A DNA stretch of 64,000 bases from Marinilabiliaceae bacterium (GCA_016933045.1 JAFGBR010000021.1:24886-88885), one strand, 5' to 3'; counted from the first letter of the stretch, positions 1-10,664 are shown. Translations and numbers: made by a program. The notes: generated by a model not told the origin, from the sequence alone.

Positions 1-457
1 AGATGATGAAACATTGATTTTGACAGAATTTGCTAAGATGCTGAATTCATTTATTAATAATGAATCAAATCGTAATTTATGTGGGCATAATGTTAAAGAG
101 TTTGATTTTCCGTATATAGCACGTCGTATGTTGATTAAGGGAGTTTCTATACCACAGGTGTTAGATGTTGCCGGGAAAAAGCCGTGGGAGGTAAAATTTA
201 TTGATACCCTCGATTTGTGGAAATTTGGCGATTATAAACATTATACATCGTTGGGGTTGTTAACTGCCATTTTTGGAATTCCAACGCCAAAAGATGATAT
301 TGATGGTAGTCAAGTGGCTCATGTTTATTATGTTGATCGTGATTTGGAGCGTATTGCAATATATTGTGAAAAGGATGTGCTGGCTACAGCGCAGTTATTT
401 CTTAAGTTGAAAGGTGAACATCTTATTGATGCAGATAAAGTTGAACGCGTTTTTTAA
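1..457 (+). CDS. 3'-5' exonuclease, RNase H-like / PolB-exonuclease-like superfamily (5' end cut by window edge)
   Basis: The frame is open from nt 2 (DDETLILTEF...), so the TTG at 14 is not the real start. The segment HNVKEFDFPYI...YCEKDV resembles Exo II/III regions of DEDD-type exonucleases. Stop at 455-457. Confidence 0.55.
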   Translation, partial: DDETLILTEFAKMLNSFINNESNRNLCGHNVKEFDFPYIARRMLIKGVSIPQVLDVAGKKPWEVKFIDTLDLWKFGDYKHYTSLGLLTAIFGIPTPKDDIDGSQVAHVYYVDRDLERIAIYCEKDVLATAQLFLKLKGEHLIDADKVERVF

Positions 458-1260
458 TCATCCAGAAGATATAGTGCTGTTTTAATAAATAATTCCGGTT
501 GTTCGGCATGAAGCCAGTGTCCTGCATTGGGGATAGTAATAAATTCGGCTTTGGGGAAATACTTGCGACAATAAAACAGATCGTCATTTAAAATATAATT
601 CGATTTTTCGCCTTTTATGAAAAAAACAGGTTTAAGATATTTGTTACTATCGGGCGAAATATGTGAAAACCCATCTAATATCTCATAAAGGTTTTCTGAG
701 ATGGTTTTTATATTTAGTTTCCAGGTAAAAGAACCTTCGGATGAACGGGTTATGTTTTTCAATAAAAACTGACGAACCTGATTGTTTGGGATATCAGTTG
801 CTAAATAATTATCAATATCCAATCGGTTTTTAAATGTTTTTAAAGGAGCATTTAACATTGATGAAATAATTTTGGCATGATCGGGTGTTGATAATGTAAA
901 ATTATTTTGTAAATGATACGGTTTTGGTGCAATATCGACAGATATTACTTTGTCTGTTCTTTCGGGATAAGCAAGACAAAAGCGCAAAACCGTTTTTCCA
1001 CCCATTGAATGGCCTATTAAATGTGCATTGTCAATATTATGATAATCCATAAAAGAGAGTAAATCGTCTCTCATGTCGTCGTAGGTATGACTGTTATTGT
1101 GAGGAGATTTACCATGATTTCGCTGATCAATAATAAACACCTTAAATTTTTCCGAGAGTTGTTTTCCAATAGTAACCCAGTTGTCTGATGCTCCATATAA
1201 GCCGTGAACAATAATTAAAATGGTTTTTGAAGTCCCAAATTCTCGGTAAGATAATTTCAT
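454..1260 (-). CDS. alpha/beta hydrolase (YbfF-like esterase)
   Basis: 268 aa with HG oxyanion motif (IIVHGLYGASDNW), nucleophile elbow GHSMGG and C-terminal GHW..H. Confidence 0.8.
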   Translation of the reverse strand: MKLSYREFGTSKTILIIVHGLYGASDNWVTIGKQLSEKFKVFIIDQRNHGKSPHNNSHTYDDMRDDLLSFMDYHNIDNAHLIGHSMGGKTVLRFCLAYPERTDKVISVDIAPKPYHLQNNFTLSTPDHAKIISSMLNAPLKTFKNRLDIDNYLATDIPNNQVRQFLLKNITRSSEGSFTWKLNIKTISENLYEILDGFSHISPDSNKYLKPVFFIKGEKSNYILNDDLFYCRKYFPKAEFITIPNAGHWLHAEQPELFIKTALYLLDD

Positions 1261-1273
1261 TATTTCTGAAACC

Positions 1274-1987
1274 TTATTTTAGCTGATCTTTATATAGTGC
1301 GATTGTTTTTTCCAGTCCAAAATATAGCGCATCTGCAATTAAGGCATGGCCAATTGATACTTCCTTAATAAAAGGAATGTTTTCGATGAAAAATTTTAAA
1401 TTTTCGAGGCTCAAGTCATGGCCGGCATTTATTGTTAAACCTAGTTTTTTTGCCAGATTAGCAGCATCAACAAATGGAGCAATGGCTTCAGCTTTGTTTT
1501 TTGCATAGTTAGCAGCATAAGGCTCTGTGTATAATTCTACTCGGTCGGTGCCAATTTTCGCTGCGTTTTCGATGAATTTAAGGTTGGTATCTACAAATAA
1601 TGAAGTTCTAATGCCTGCTTCGTTAAATAATCCAATAATATCCTGTAAAAATGAATAATTAGTAATAGTATCCCATCCTGCATTAGAGGTTATAGCTTCA
1701 GGTGGGTCAGGAACTAAAGTTACCTGATGAGGCTTAGCTTTTTTAACCAATTCGATAAATTTTTCCGATGGATATCCTTCTATATTAAATTCGGTTGTGA
1801 TAACAGGAGCGATATCAAACACATCTTTATATTTAATATGTCTCTCGTCGGGACGCGGATGAACAGTTACTCCATCGGCTCCAAAAGCCTGTACGTCAAT
1901 GGCAGCTTTTACCACATTCGGAAAATCTCCACCTCTTGAGTTACGAAGTGTTGCAATTTTGTTTATATTGACACTCAATTTTGTCAT
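1274..1987 (-). CDS. pdxJ: pyridoxine 5'-phosphate synthase
   Basis: 237 aa. [17 protein letters not shown]...HPRPDERHI...GHDL...EVSIGHALI are hallmark PdxJ segments. Confidence 0.9.
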   Translation of the reverse strand: MTKLSVNINKIATLRNSRGGDFPNVVKAAIDVQAFGADGVTVHPRPDERHIKYKDVFDIAPVITTEFNIEGYPSEKFIELVKKAKPHQVTLVPDPPEAITSNAGWDTITNYSFLQDIIGLFNEAGIRTSLFVDTNLKFIENAAKIGTDRVELYTEPYAANYAKNKAEAIAPFVDAANLAKKLGLTINAGHDLSLENLKFFIENIPFIKEVSIGHALIADALYFGLEKTIALYKDQLK

Positions 1988-2128
1988 AGCCAGAATAAAA
2001 TGTGTTGTTAGTCAAATAGCATTAAATAAACTTTTGAATAGTTTGAATGTTTAAGCTATATGAAGTAAATTTAAGATAATCTCTTTTTGTTGTTGACAAA
2101 AATAGAAAGTATTTCTTGAACAAAAGGT

Positions 2129-2794
2129 ATGTTAGCAAAAGATTTAATTTCAGATATAATTCCTTCTTTGAAAACTTCCGATACCGGGGTTGATGCTCTA
2201 AACTGGATGGAGGTTTTCAGGGTGTCGCATTTGCCAATTGTCAACAATAAAATTTTTTTAGGGTTGATTTCTGATTTGGATATTTACGATTTGAATTGTG
2301 CAGATGAAGCATTAGGAAATCATCGTATTTCATTAATGAAACCTTATGTGTATTATTATCAGCATATTTATGAGGTTATAGAATTAGCTTCGCGTTTAAA
2401 ATTAACAGTTGTACCTGTTTTAGATGAAAAAAAAGAGTATTTGGGAATTATTTCGCAAAGTGATTTGTTACACAGAATGGCCGATTTAATTGCAGCACAT
2501 GTACCCGGAGGAATTATTGAATTGGAATTGAATTCGCGTGATTATTCAATGTCGGAAATTGCCAGGATTGTTGAAGATAGTGATGCTAAAATATTAAGTT
2601 TGTATGTAAAAGAGATTGTAGCCAATAATCAGTTGATGTTATCTCTTAAACTAAATAGAATTGAAATACAGCCTGTTATTAGATCTTTTGAACGATATGG
2701 ATATAAAATTAAAGCATCTTTTTCGGGCGAAGATATTTATGACGATTCGATACAAAGAAATTTTGACTCACTTATGAGGTTTATGAGTATATGA
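2129..2794 (+). CDS. CBS domain-containing protein
   Basis: 221 aa with a tandem CBS-pair-like N-terminal half (HLPIVNN..., VVPVLDEKKEYLGIISQSDLL). It follows pdxJ divergently, as in many Bacteroidota. Confidence 0.7.
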   Translation: MLAKDLISDIIPSLKTSDTGVDALNWMEVFRVSHLPIVNNKIFLGLISDLDIYDLNCADEALGNHRISLMKPYVYYYQHIYEVIELASRLKLTVVPVLDEKKEYLGIISQSDLLHRMADLIAAHVPGGIIELELNSRDYSMSEIARIVEDSDAKILSLYVKEIVANNQLMLSLKLNRIEIQPVIRSFERYGYKIKASFSGEDIYDDSIQRNFDSLMRFMSI

Positions 2795-2810
2795 TACGAC
2801 TTCTGTTGTT

Positions 2811-4247
2811 ATGAGAATTAGATTTGAAGGGACGAAGATTGGGCTTTTTTGCAGTAATATTTCTCTGTTAATTTTTTTTTCTTGTTGTCCTTTTTTTATT
2901 GAGGCAGCAGATTATAAACCATTGTCTGATTCGCTTTATATTCGAAAAATTTCTATTTCCGGCAATAAAATTACCAAACAACCTGTTATTTTAAAGGAAC
3001 TATTATTTAAAAATGGTGACTTTATAAAACACAGTGAGTTGTTGTTTCTGAAAAAAAAATCAATAGATAATTTATTGAATACTTCGTTGTTTAATTATGT
3101 GTATATCGATTTTGAAATAGTTCAGGAACAAAGTGTTGATGTAAATATTAGAGTTGAAGAACGATGGTATTTATGGATAGCTCCAATTTTTGAACATGCA
3201 GATAGAAATCTGAGTTCTTTTTTTCATGATAAAAACTGGGAAATGATTAATTATGGGTTGTCTATGAGTTACGATAATTTTAGAGGGCGACATGAAAAAA
3301 TAAGGTTTAGGTTTCGAATTGGATATTTTAATCAGTTTTTTTTTGATTTTGAGTCGCCCGAATATGAAAAAATGTGGGGATGGGGTTTTTGGGTTGATAA
3401 TAATTATTACGATCAGGTTGCAATAAAAACTATAAATAATAGACCTTATTATTTAAGTACATTTGGCAATCAAATTTATAGTTCTTTATCTGATGCGGTT
3501 TATGTTCAGTTGCGAAGTGGAATATATAAAAAACATAAATTTGTTTTGAAATACGCATCTCATTTTGCCAGTGACACAATTATTTCAGTCAATAGTAATT
3601 TTTTGCCCGATGCAACTAATCGTTTTGATTATTTGGCTATTCAATATCAGTATACTTATGATGATCGTAATAGTAAATATTATCCGCTTACCGGTAATAT
3701 GTATCAAATGGATATTGAACAAACAGGTTTAGGTATTTTAAATAAACAAAATAACTTTTTAAAATTTACCGGACGAATGTATTATTACAATTCTTTGCGT
3801 GATAAAATTTTTATTGGATCGGAGTGGAATGGAAGTTATTCAACTACAAACAATTGTGCTTATTACACAAATAATGGTATAGGTTATAAACAATTTATAA
3901 GGGGGTATGAGTATTATGTAATTGATGGTAGTGCATATTTTTTTTCAAAAAACAAGATATCTTATGAGATGGTATCTCTGCGTATAAAAGATTTGAATAT
4001 TAAATGGTTAAGTAAATTTTCAAAAATTCATTATGCTTTATATTTAGGTGCTTTTTATGATTTTGGTTATGTTTTAAGTAATAATGAGGTAAATAATTTA
4101 AATAACAACTTAGTAAATAGTTTTATGCATGGATTTGGTGTTGGCATTGATTTGGTAACAATATACGACAAAGCTTTAAGTTTAAATTATGCCTTAAATA
4201 AACATGGAGAACATGGTTTTTTTGTTCATATTAATTTGAAAATGTAA
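2811..4247 (+). CDS. Omp85/BamA-family outer-membrane protein with a single POTRA-like domain
   Basis: 478 aa. Signal-like N-terminus, POTRA-like IRKISISGNKITKQPVILKELLFKNGDF, aromatic-rich beta-barrel region, C-terminal ...GFFVHINLKM. Confidence 0.6.
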   Translation: MRIRFEGTKIGLFCSNISLLIFFSCCPFFIEAADYKPLSDSLYIRKISISGNKITKQPVILKELLFKNGDFIKHSELLFLKKKSIDNLLNTSLFNYVYIDFEIVQEQSVDVNIRVEERWYLWIAPIFEHADRNLSSFFHDKNWEMINYGLSMSYDNFRGRHEKIRFRFRIGYFNQFFFDFESPEYEKMWGWGFWVDNNYYDQVAIKTINNRPYYLSTFGNQIYSSLSDAVYVQLRSGIYKKHKFVLKYASHFASDTIISVNSNFLPDATNRFDYLAIQYQYTYDDRNSKYYPLTGNMYQMDIEQTGLGILNKQNNFLKFTGRMYYYNSLRDKIFIGSEWNGSYSTTNNCAYYTNNGIGYKQFIRGYEYYVIDGSAYFFSKNKISYEMVSLRIKDLNIKWLSKFSKIHYALYLGAFYDFGYVLSNNEVNNLNNNLVNSFMHGFGVGIDLVTIYDKALSLNYALNKHGEHGFFVHINLKM

Positions 4248-4282
4248 TATCTTCATGACCAAATTATAACAAATAATTATTA

Positions 4283-5161
4283 ATGAGAGTTGCAGTATTT
4301 GGGAAAAAATTTAATGAATCGTTTCGTAGTTATTGTCAGACTTTTATCTCAATTTTAGAAAAGTGGGGTTGTGAAGTTATTATTTATCAGCCATTCTATC
4401 GTTTTTTAAAAAAAGAGATTATACTACCTGTAAATTTTTCATCAACATTTTTACGAAGTGATGATTTAACAAATGTAAATATGATTTTTACAATTGGAGG
4501 GGATGGAACATTTCTTGAAGCTGCCACGTTAGTTCGTAACCAAAACATCCCTATTGCGGGTATAAACAGTGGTCGTTTGGGTTTTTTGGCCGATATATCA
4601 AAAGAAGATATAGAAGTAGCAATGTCGGATATATTTCAAAATCGCCATCAGTTAAGGAATCTTAATTTGCTTGAAGTTAATACAGGAAATAGGGTTTTTG
4701 GAGATCTGAATTTCGCACTTAATGAGTTGTCAATTTCGAAACGAGATAGTTCATCAATGATTACTGTTCATGTATATTTGAACGGTGAGTTTTTAAATTC
4801 GTATTGGGCCGATGGATTAATAATTGCAACAGCAACAGGTTCAACTGCTTACTCGTTAAGTGTTGGCGGACCAATTTTACATCCCGATTCGCAAAATTTT
4901 GTTTTATCTCCAATTGCACCTCATAATCTTACTGTTCGACCGCTTGTAATTCCCAATGATATGGAAATTACTTTAAGGGTAGATGCCAGAGGCGGGAAAT
5001 ATCTGGCATCGATCGATTCGCGTAGTCGTGTGATGGATGAGCAAATTGTTATTACTATTCGAAAAGCTAATTTCTCAATCCCAATGGTAGTAAGGACACA
5101 TCATAATTATTACGATACACTACGAAATAAGCTAATGTGGGGTGCCGATAAACGTAATTAA
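4283..5161 (+). CDS. nadK: NAD+ kinase
   Basis: 292 aa with GGDGTFL motif and TATGSTAYSLSVGGPI. Confidence 0.9.
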   Translation: MRVAVFGKKFNESFRSYCQTFISILEKWGCEVIIYQPFYRFLKKEIILPVNFSSTFLRSDDLTNVNMIFTIGGDGTFLEAATLVRNQNIPIAGINSGRLGFLADISKEDIEVAMSDIFQNRHQLRNLNLLEVNTGNRVFGDLNFALNELSISKRDSSSMITVHVYLNGEFLNSYWADGLIIATATGSTAYSLSVGGPILHPDSQNFVLSPIAPHNLTVRPLVIPNDMEITLRVDARGGKYLASIDSRSRVMDEQIVITIRKANFSIPMVVRTHHNYYDTLRNKLMWGADKRN

Positions 5162-5289
5162 CTAGTTGTTTGTACAATATTTAATTATTTTTTGTGTTTA
5201 TCATGATGGAATTAACTTGTTTTGCGAAGCTTTTATTTTAATAAAATTGACGTTTGTTGATTCAATGCTAAATAATTCCGATTAAATAT

Positions 5290-5297
5290 TATTTTTG
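5290..5297 (+). promoter_or_regulatory. Bacteroidota-type -7 promoter box TATTTTTG
   Basis: Exact match to TAnnTTTG. It overlaps the GTG (5297) used by the ORF track, which argues for a downstream start. Confidence 0.4.
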
Positions 5298-5326
5298 TGC
5301 AACTTATTTCAAATCCCTGTCATTTT

Positions 5327-6076
5327 ATGAATCGGAAATATCTGAAATGGAGTTTTATGCAACGTGTTAGTATGTTTTTTATCATACTATTTTGTTGTAT
5401 GTTTAATTATTCGATAGCCCAGGATCGTATAGAAATAGGTGGATTTTTAGGAGCATCATATTATTTGGGAGATTTGAATCCAGGTACTCAGTTTAAAAAT
5501 TCACATCCTGTTTTTGGAGGAATTGGCAGATATGTATTCTCCGACCGGGTAGTGTTTCGTGGAACTGCTTTATTGGGACAAATAAGTGGGAGTTATCCGC
5601 AGGATGATGTGTTGTTAGTTGAGGATGAATTTGGTGATACCGGATTTTCGCGACGGATATTAGATGTTGCTGCTATGGTAGAATACAATTTTATGTCGTA
5701 CGATCATCAGTTTGTATCCAATACAAATTTCACTCCTTATGTAACTTTTGGATTGGCAAATACGACTTATAGAAGATATTCAAATGATCAGGGTTTTGGA
5801 GATAATAAACCGGTTTTTGTATTATCTTTGCCGTTCGGTTTAGGTGTTAAATATAAACTAACTAAATGGATTAGAGTAGGTGCGGAATGGACTTTTAGGA
5901 AAACATTTGTTGATGATTTGGATCAAACCAATTCAGATATGTTAATTGATCCAACTGATCCTTATGGGTTTAATGAGCAAGGGAGTATTCATAATAATGA
6001 TTGGTATTCGTTTGCCGGTGTTTATGTTACTTTTAATCTTTTTAGAAGAAAAACCACTTGTAATTCAGGGTTTTAG
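5327..6076 (+). CDS. outer-membrane beta-barrel protein (DUF6089-like)
   Basis: Track ORF is 5297..6076. The likely start is ATG 5327 or 5357, because a -7 box sits at 5290-5297. Signal peptide ...FNYSIAQ, aromatic C-terminal end, conserved position between nadK and uppS. Confidence 0.55.
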   Translation: MNRKYLKWSFMQRVSMFFIILFCCMFNYSIAQDRIEIGGFLGASYYLGDLNPGTQFKNSHPVFGGIGRYVFSDRVVFRGTALLGQISGSYPQDDVLLVEDEFGDTGFSRRILDVAAMVEYNFMSYDHQFVSNTNFTPYVTFGLANTTYRRYSNDQGFGDNKPVFVLSLPFGLGVKYKLTKWIRVGAEWTFRKTFVDDLDQTNSDMLIDPTDPYGFNEQGSIHNNDWYSFAGVYVTFNLFRRKTTCNSGF

Positions 6077-6087
6077 TTAAATGTATT

Positions 6088-6831
6088 ATGTCAAATAAAG
6101 ATCTGTTAGAGAAAGATAAGTTACCCAGTCATGTTGCCATTATAATGGATGGGAATGGACGTTGGGCTCGAAAACGTGGAAATTCACGGATTTTTGGACA
6201 TAAAAATGGCGTGAAAGCGGTACGTGAAGTTACCGAAGCTGCTGCTGAACTAGGCATTGGTTATTTAACTTTATACGCTTTTTCTACCGAAAATTGGAAT
6301 CGACCTAAAACAGAAGTGGATGCATTGATGTCACTTTTGGTTAAAACCATTAGTGATGAAACAAAAACCCTAATGGAAAATAATGTGCAATTAAATGTTA
6401 TTGGTTTTAAGGATAGTCTTCCTCAGAGAGTTAGGAAAAACCTTGAAGATTGTATCGAAAAAACATCTTCTAATACCGGATTGGTTTTAAACCTTGCCCT
6501 TAGTTATAGTTCGAGGTGGGAGATTATTGATGCCGTAAAAAAAATTGCAGACGATGTAAGCAATAAAAAAATATCGGTTGATGATATTAATGCAGATTTT
6601 TTTAGTAATTATCTCACAACGTCAGGAATGCCCGATCCGGAACTAATGATACGAACAAGCGGAGAAACACGAATTAGTAATTTCCTATTGTGGCAGTTGG
6701 CTTATGCAGAGCTTTATTTTTGCGATGTTTTATGGCCCGATTTTAGGAAAGAGAATTTTTATGAAGCACTGATCAACTATCAAAATAGAGAGAGGCGTTT
6801 TGGAATGATTAGTGAACAGCTTAAAAAATAA
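6088..6831 (+). CDS. uppS: isoprenyl transferase / undecaprenyl-diphosphate synthase
   Basis: 247 aa with HVAIIMDGNGRWA, FSTENWNRP and RTSGE.RISNFLLWQ.AYAE. Confidence 0.92.
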   Translation: MSNKDLLEKDKLPSHVAIIMDGNGRWARKRGNSRIFGHKNGVKAVREVTEAAAELGIGYLTLYAFSTENWNRPKTEVDALMSLLVKTISDETKTLMENNVQLNVIGFKDSLPQRVRKNLEDCIEKTSSNTGLVLNLALSYSSRWEIIDAVKKIADDVSNKKISVDDINADFFSNYLTTSGMPDPELMIRTSGETRISNFLLWQLAYAELYFCDVLWPDFRKENFYEALINYQNRERRFGMISEQLKK

Positions 6832-6835
6832 ACGA

Positions 6836-9442
6836 ATGCAAGAAAATAAAATTACCCATTTATTAGTACTAATAGTCTTATTGTTTTCTAATTACATTAT
6901 TGCTCAGGATCAGTCAGTTCCTGTGGTTTCGTATACAGGAGCTCCTAAAAAATATGAAATTGCTGATATAAAAGTTGTTGGCGTTCAAAACTACGATCCG
7001 TCAATATTAGCTAACTTATCGGGGTTAAAAGTTGGTCAGGTTATTCAAGTGCCTGGCGATGAAATTACAACCTCCATTAAAAAATATTGGAATCATGGTT
7101 TGTTTTCTGATGTAAAAATTGTTGCCAGTAAAATTGAAGGAAAACAAGTTTTTTTAGAGATATATTTAACAGAACGGCCTCGTTTGAGTGAAATTATCTA
7201 TTATGGTTTGCGAAAAGGTGAAATAGAAACTGTTTCTGAGAAAGTTGCAATGATGAAAGGAAGTCAGGTAACTCCTAATCTTGTTAACAGGGCTGAAAAA
7301 TATATTAAAGATTATTTTGTTGAAAAGGGTTTTTATAATACCGAGGTATGGATTATTCAAAAAGATGATACATCAAAAGTAAACCAGGTTATTTTAGAAA
7401 TTTCTGTAGATAAAAAGGATAAGGTTAAAGTACAGAGTCTTGAGTTTGAAGGAAACGAGGTTTTTAATTATGTGAAGCTTAATCGCGCAATGAAAAAAAC
7501 CAATGCGAAAGGTAGGATTCGTAATTTTTTTAGAACAAAAAAGTTTGTTAAAGAGAAATATGCCGAAGATTTGGTGGCTGTGATTGATAAATATAATGAA
7601 AAGGGTTATCGTGATGCTGTTATTTTGAGCGATAGTGTTGCAAAAAATGATGATAACACTGTTGATATTAAAATTATAATTGAAGAAGGTCGTAAATATT
7701 ATTTTGGTGATATAACATGGGTGGGAAACAGTATATATCCCGGTGAATTTTTGGGTGAACAGCTTAGAATTAAAAAAGGAGATGTTTATAACCAGAAGAT
7801 GTTGGATGACAGGTTGAAGAATGATGAGGATGCCGTGCATAACTGGTACATGGATAAAGGATATCTGTTTTCGCAAATCAACCCTATTGAAGTGAAAATT
7901 TATGGCGATACCATTGATTTGGAGATGAGAATTTATGAAGGAACACAGGCTTCAATTAATAATGTGGTTATTAAAGGCAATACCAAAACACATGAACATG
8001 TTGTTCGTCGTGAAATAAGGACTAAGCCCGGTGAGCTTTTTAGTAAGTCGGAATTGATACGTACAATACGCGAATTGTCTCAACTAGGGCATTTCAATCC
8101 CGAAAATATTGTTCCCGATGTTCAACCCAATGAAGATGATGGAAGTGTTGATTTGATATATAACCTTGAAGAGAAAGCCAACGACCAGATAGAGCTTAGT
8201 GGAGGCTGGGGTGCCGGAATGTTTGTTGGTAGTTTGGGGTTGAAATTTACTAATTTCTCTGTTCGTAACTTTTTTAATGGTGATGCATGGAGACCTTTGC
8301 CAACAGGAGATGGACAAACCTTATCGTTTAGGGCGCAACATAATGGGTCGTATTATCAATCGTACAGCGCATCGTTTGTAGAGCCTTGGTTGGGGGGAAA
8401 AAAGCCAAATTCGTTAAGTTTATCAGTTTATTATTCGAAACAAACCGATGTGAGTTCGAGCTATTACAATACATATAATAATTATAATTATTACGGATCG
8501 AATTATAATCAAATGACAGCAGCCGATGTTGATGACAGTAAATATATGCAGGTTTTAGGTGTGTCAGTAGGTTATGGTAAGCGATTGACCTGGCCCGATG
8601 ACTATTTCTCAATTTTTACACAGTTAAGTTATCAGCGATATAACCTGCAGGATTGGGATTATTTTATTATGGGTGATGGTAGTTCTACCAATTTAAGTAT
8701 GGATGTTTCTATAAGTCGAAATTCGACTGACAACCCACTTTATACTCGCGAAGGTTCATCGTTCTCGGTTGGTGTTTCGTTTACTCCTCCATATAGTCTT
8801 TGGAGTGGTAAAGATTATGGGACTTTATATAAAACATCTATAAGTAGTGATGAAAATGAAGATGTAAGGAACGATGCAAAAGCCGAACTTTATAAAAATA
8901 TTGAGTATCATAAATGGAATTTTAAAAGTGCCATATTTAAACCAATGGATACTAATCGTAAATTAGTGCTTATGGGAAAAGTTGAAGCCGGATTTCTTGG
9001 TTATTATAATAAAAATGTTCGTTCTCCATTTGAAAAGTTTACAGTAGGTGGCGATGGAATGTCGGGATATAGTATGTATGGAGGAGAAACTATTGGTGCA
9101 CGAGGATACCAAAACTCATCGTTAACACCGCGAACAGGATATTCTTATAATGGTAATATGTACACGAAAATGACTATGGAGGTACGTTATCCTATTACTT
9201 TACAGCCTTCGGCAACTGTTTATGCATTAGGTTTTGTGGAGTCGGCTAATGCCTGGGCCGAATTTAAAGACTACAATCCTTTTCAAATGTACCGTTCAGC
9301 TGGTGTTGGATTGCGTATATTTTTACCAATATTTGGTTTAATGGGTATTGACTGGGGGTATGGTTTTGATCCGGTTACGGGTTATGAATCCAATCCAGTT
9401 CATAAAGGGAATTTTCACTTTACCATTGGACAAAGTTTTTAA
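6836..9442 (+). CDS. bamA: outer membrane protein assembly factor BamA
   Basis: Track ORF starts at 6812 and overlaps uppS. ATG 6836 gives a signal peptide MQENKITHLLVLIVLLFSNYIIAQ. Multiple POTRA repeats, a C-terminal barrel and terminal F. Confidence 0.9.
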   Translation: MQENKITHLLVLIVLLFSNYIIAQDQSVPVVSYTGAPKKYEIADIKVVGVQNYDPSILANLSGLKVGQVIQVPGDEITTSIKKYWNHGLFSDVKIVASKIEGKQVFLEIYLTERPRLSEIIYYGLRKGEIETVSEKVAMMKGSQVTPNLVNRAEKYIKDYFVEKGFYNTEVWIIQKDDTSKVNQVILEISVDKKDKVKVQSLEFEGNEVFNYVKLNRAMKKTNAKGRIRNFFRTKKFVKEKYAEDLVAVIDKYNEKGYRDAVILSDSVAKNDDNTVDIKIIIEEGRKYYFGDITWVGNSIYPGEFLGEQLRIKKGDVYNQKMLDDRLKNDEDAVHNWYMDKGYLFSQINPIEVKIYGDTIDLEMRIYEGTQASINNVVIKGNTKTHEHVVRREIRTKPGELFSKSELIRTIRELSQLGHFNPENIVPDVQPNEDDGSVDLIYNLEEKANDQIELSGGWGAGMFVGSLGLKFTNFSVRNFFNGDAWRPLPTGDGQTLSFRAQHNGSYYQSYSASFVEPWLGGKKPNSLSLSVYYSKQTDVSSSYYNTYNNYNYYGSNYNQMTAADVDDSKYMQVLGVSVGYGKRLTWPDDYFSIFTQLSYQRYNLQDWDYFIMGDGSSTNLSMDVSISRNSTDNPLYTREGSSFSVGVSFTPPYSLWSGKDYGTLYKTSISSDENEDVRNDAKAELYKNIEYHKWNFKSAIFKPMDTNRKLVLMGKVEAGFLGYYNKNVRSPFEKFTVGGDGMSGYSMYGGETIGARGYQNSSLTPRTGYSYNGNMYTKMTMEVRYPITLQPSATVYALGFVESANAWAEFKDYNPFQMYRSAGVGLRIFLPIFGLMGIDWGYGFDPVTGYESNPVHKGNFHFTIGQSF

Positions 9443-9501
9443 TATTTTGTTGTTTTGGTTCGGTTTTTGCAAATAAATACTGAATCTTAAACTTATTAAC
9501 T

Positions 9502-10050
9502 ATGAAAACGGATTTTTTAAAAATTAATAGTAAGCTTGGAATAAAATATATAGTCTTACTTTTTGCAATTTTTTTTGGTTTCTCTGTTCAGTCACAAAAA
9601 TTAGCGTTTGTCGATACCGATTATATTTTAAAACGTATCCCGGCTTACGAAGCTGCACAAGAGCAACTTAACACGGCATCGGCAGGATGGCAAAAGGAGG
9701 TTGAAGCACTTTATCAGGAGGTGTCGGAAATGTATAAGAAGTATCAAACCGAGAGTGTGTTTTTGTCGAATGAAATGAAGGTGAAACAAGAAAACCTTAT
9801 TGTTGAAAAAGAAAAAGAGGCAAAGAAATTGCAACAAAAGTATTTTGGATCTGAAGGTGAATTATTTAAAAAAAGAGAGATGCTTATAAAGCCTATTCAA
9901 GATGATATATATGCTGCAATATCAGTTATTTCGACCGAAGAGGGATATGGAGCTGTTTTTGATAAAGCATCGAATGTAGGGGTGATTTTTGCCGATCCTA
10001 AACTTGATATTAGCGATGATGTTTTAAAACAAATGGGTATTACTCAATAA
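9502..10050 (+). CDS. OmpH/Skp-family periplasmic chaperone (paralog 1)
   Basis: 182 aa. Signal peptide, then a coiled-coil Lys/Glu/Gln-rich body. Immediately downstream of bamA. Confidence 0.8.
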   Translation: MKTDFLKINSKLGIKYIVLLFAIFFGFSVQSQKLAFVDTDYILKRIPAYEAAQEQLNTASAGWQKEVEALYQEVSEMYKKYQTESVFLSNEMKVKQENLIVEKEKEAKKLQQKYFGSEGELFKKREMLIKPIQDDIYAAISVISTEEGYGAVFDKASNVGVIFADPKLDISDDVLKQMGITQ

Positions 10051-10126
10051 AATAATCGAAAATATTTCTATGTTTGCAATTCTATTGCAGTTTTAATTGT
10101 GAAAATGATATTATCAAACTTAAAAT

Positions 10127-10639
10127 ATGAAAATTAAGTTATTATTTGTTGCTTCATTTATTATTATTTGTTTTGCTTTGTCGGCGCAGTCGACATTTAA
10201 ATTTGGGCATATAAATTCGGAAGAGATATTTACAGCAATGCCCGAATTGCAAGAGGTAAAAAAAGTATTGGATGAAGAGTACGGAAAGCATGAAGGAAAT
10301 CTCACAACCATGCAGGAGGAATTGAAAAAAGGTCAGGAAGCATATATTGCCGAGGCTAAGAATATGACTCCCGAACAACGGGCTACTAAAGAAAAAGAGT
10401 TGATTGAAATGAATCAGAGGATTCAAAATTTTTATCAATTGGCTCAACAACAGTTACAAGAAAAAGAGCAAGAGTTAAAAGCTCCACTGATTCAGAAACT
10501 TCAAAATGCAATTCAGCAAGTTGGAAATGAAAACGGATTCTTGTATATTTTTGATTCAAACTCAGGATTGCCTGTTTATCACTCGGAGAAAAGTGTTGAT
10601 GTAGCCCCTTTGGTGAAAGCTAAACTTGGAATTAAATAA
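10127..10639 (+). CDS. OmpH/Skp-family periplasmic chaperone (paralog 2)
   Basis: 170 aa with FKFGHINSEEIF...QQQLQEKEQEL...IFD. Clearly paralogous to the next gene. Confidence 0.8.
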   Translation: MKIKLLFVASFIIICFALSAQSTFKFGHINSEEIFTAMPELQEVKKVLDEEYGKHEGNLTTMQEELKKGQEAYIAEAKNMTPEQRATKEKELIEMNQRIQNFYQLAQQQLQEKEQELKAPLIQKLQNAIQQVGNENGFLYIFDSNSGLPVYHSEKSVDVAPLVKAKLGIK

Positions 10640-10664
10640 TTAATTTACAATATAAAAAGTGATT

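Noticed and set aside
7166-8612. Four antisense ORFs (64-160 aa) inside bamA on the minus strand.
   Set aside because: They lie wholly within a well-supported CDS. They are low-complexity (I/F/N/K-rich), as expected from the reverse complement of AT-rich coding sequence, and I see no start context or promoter box.
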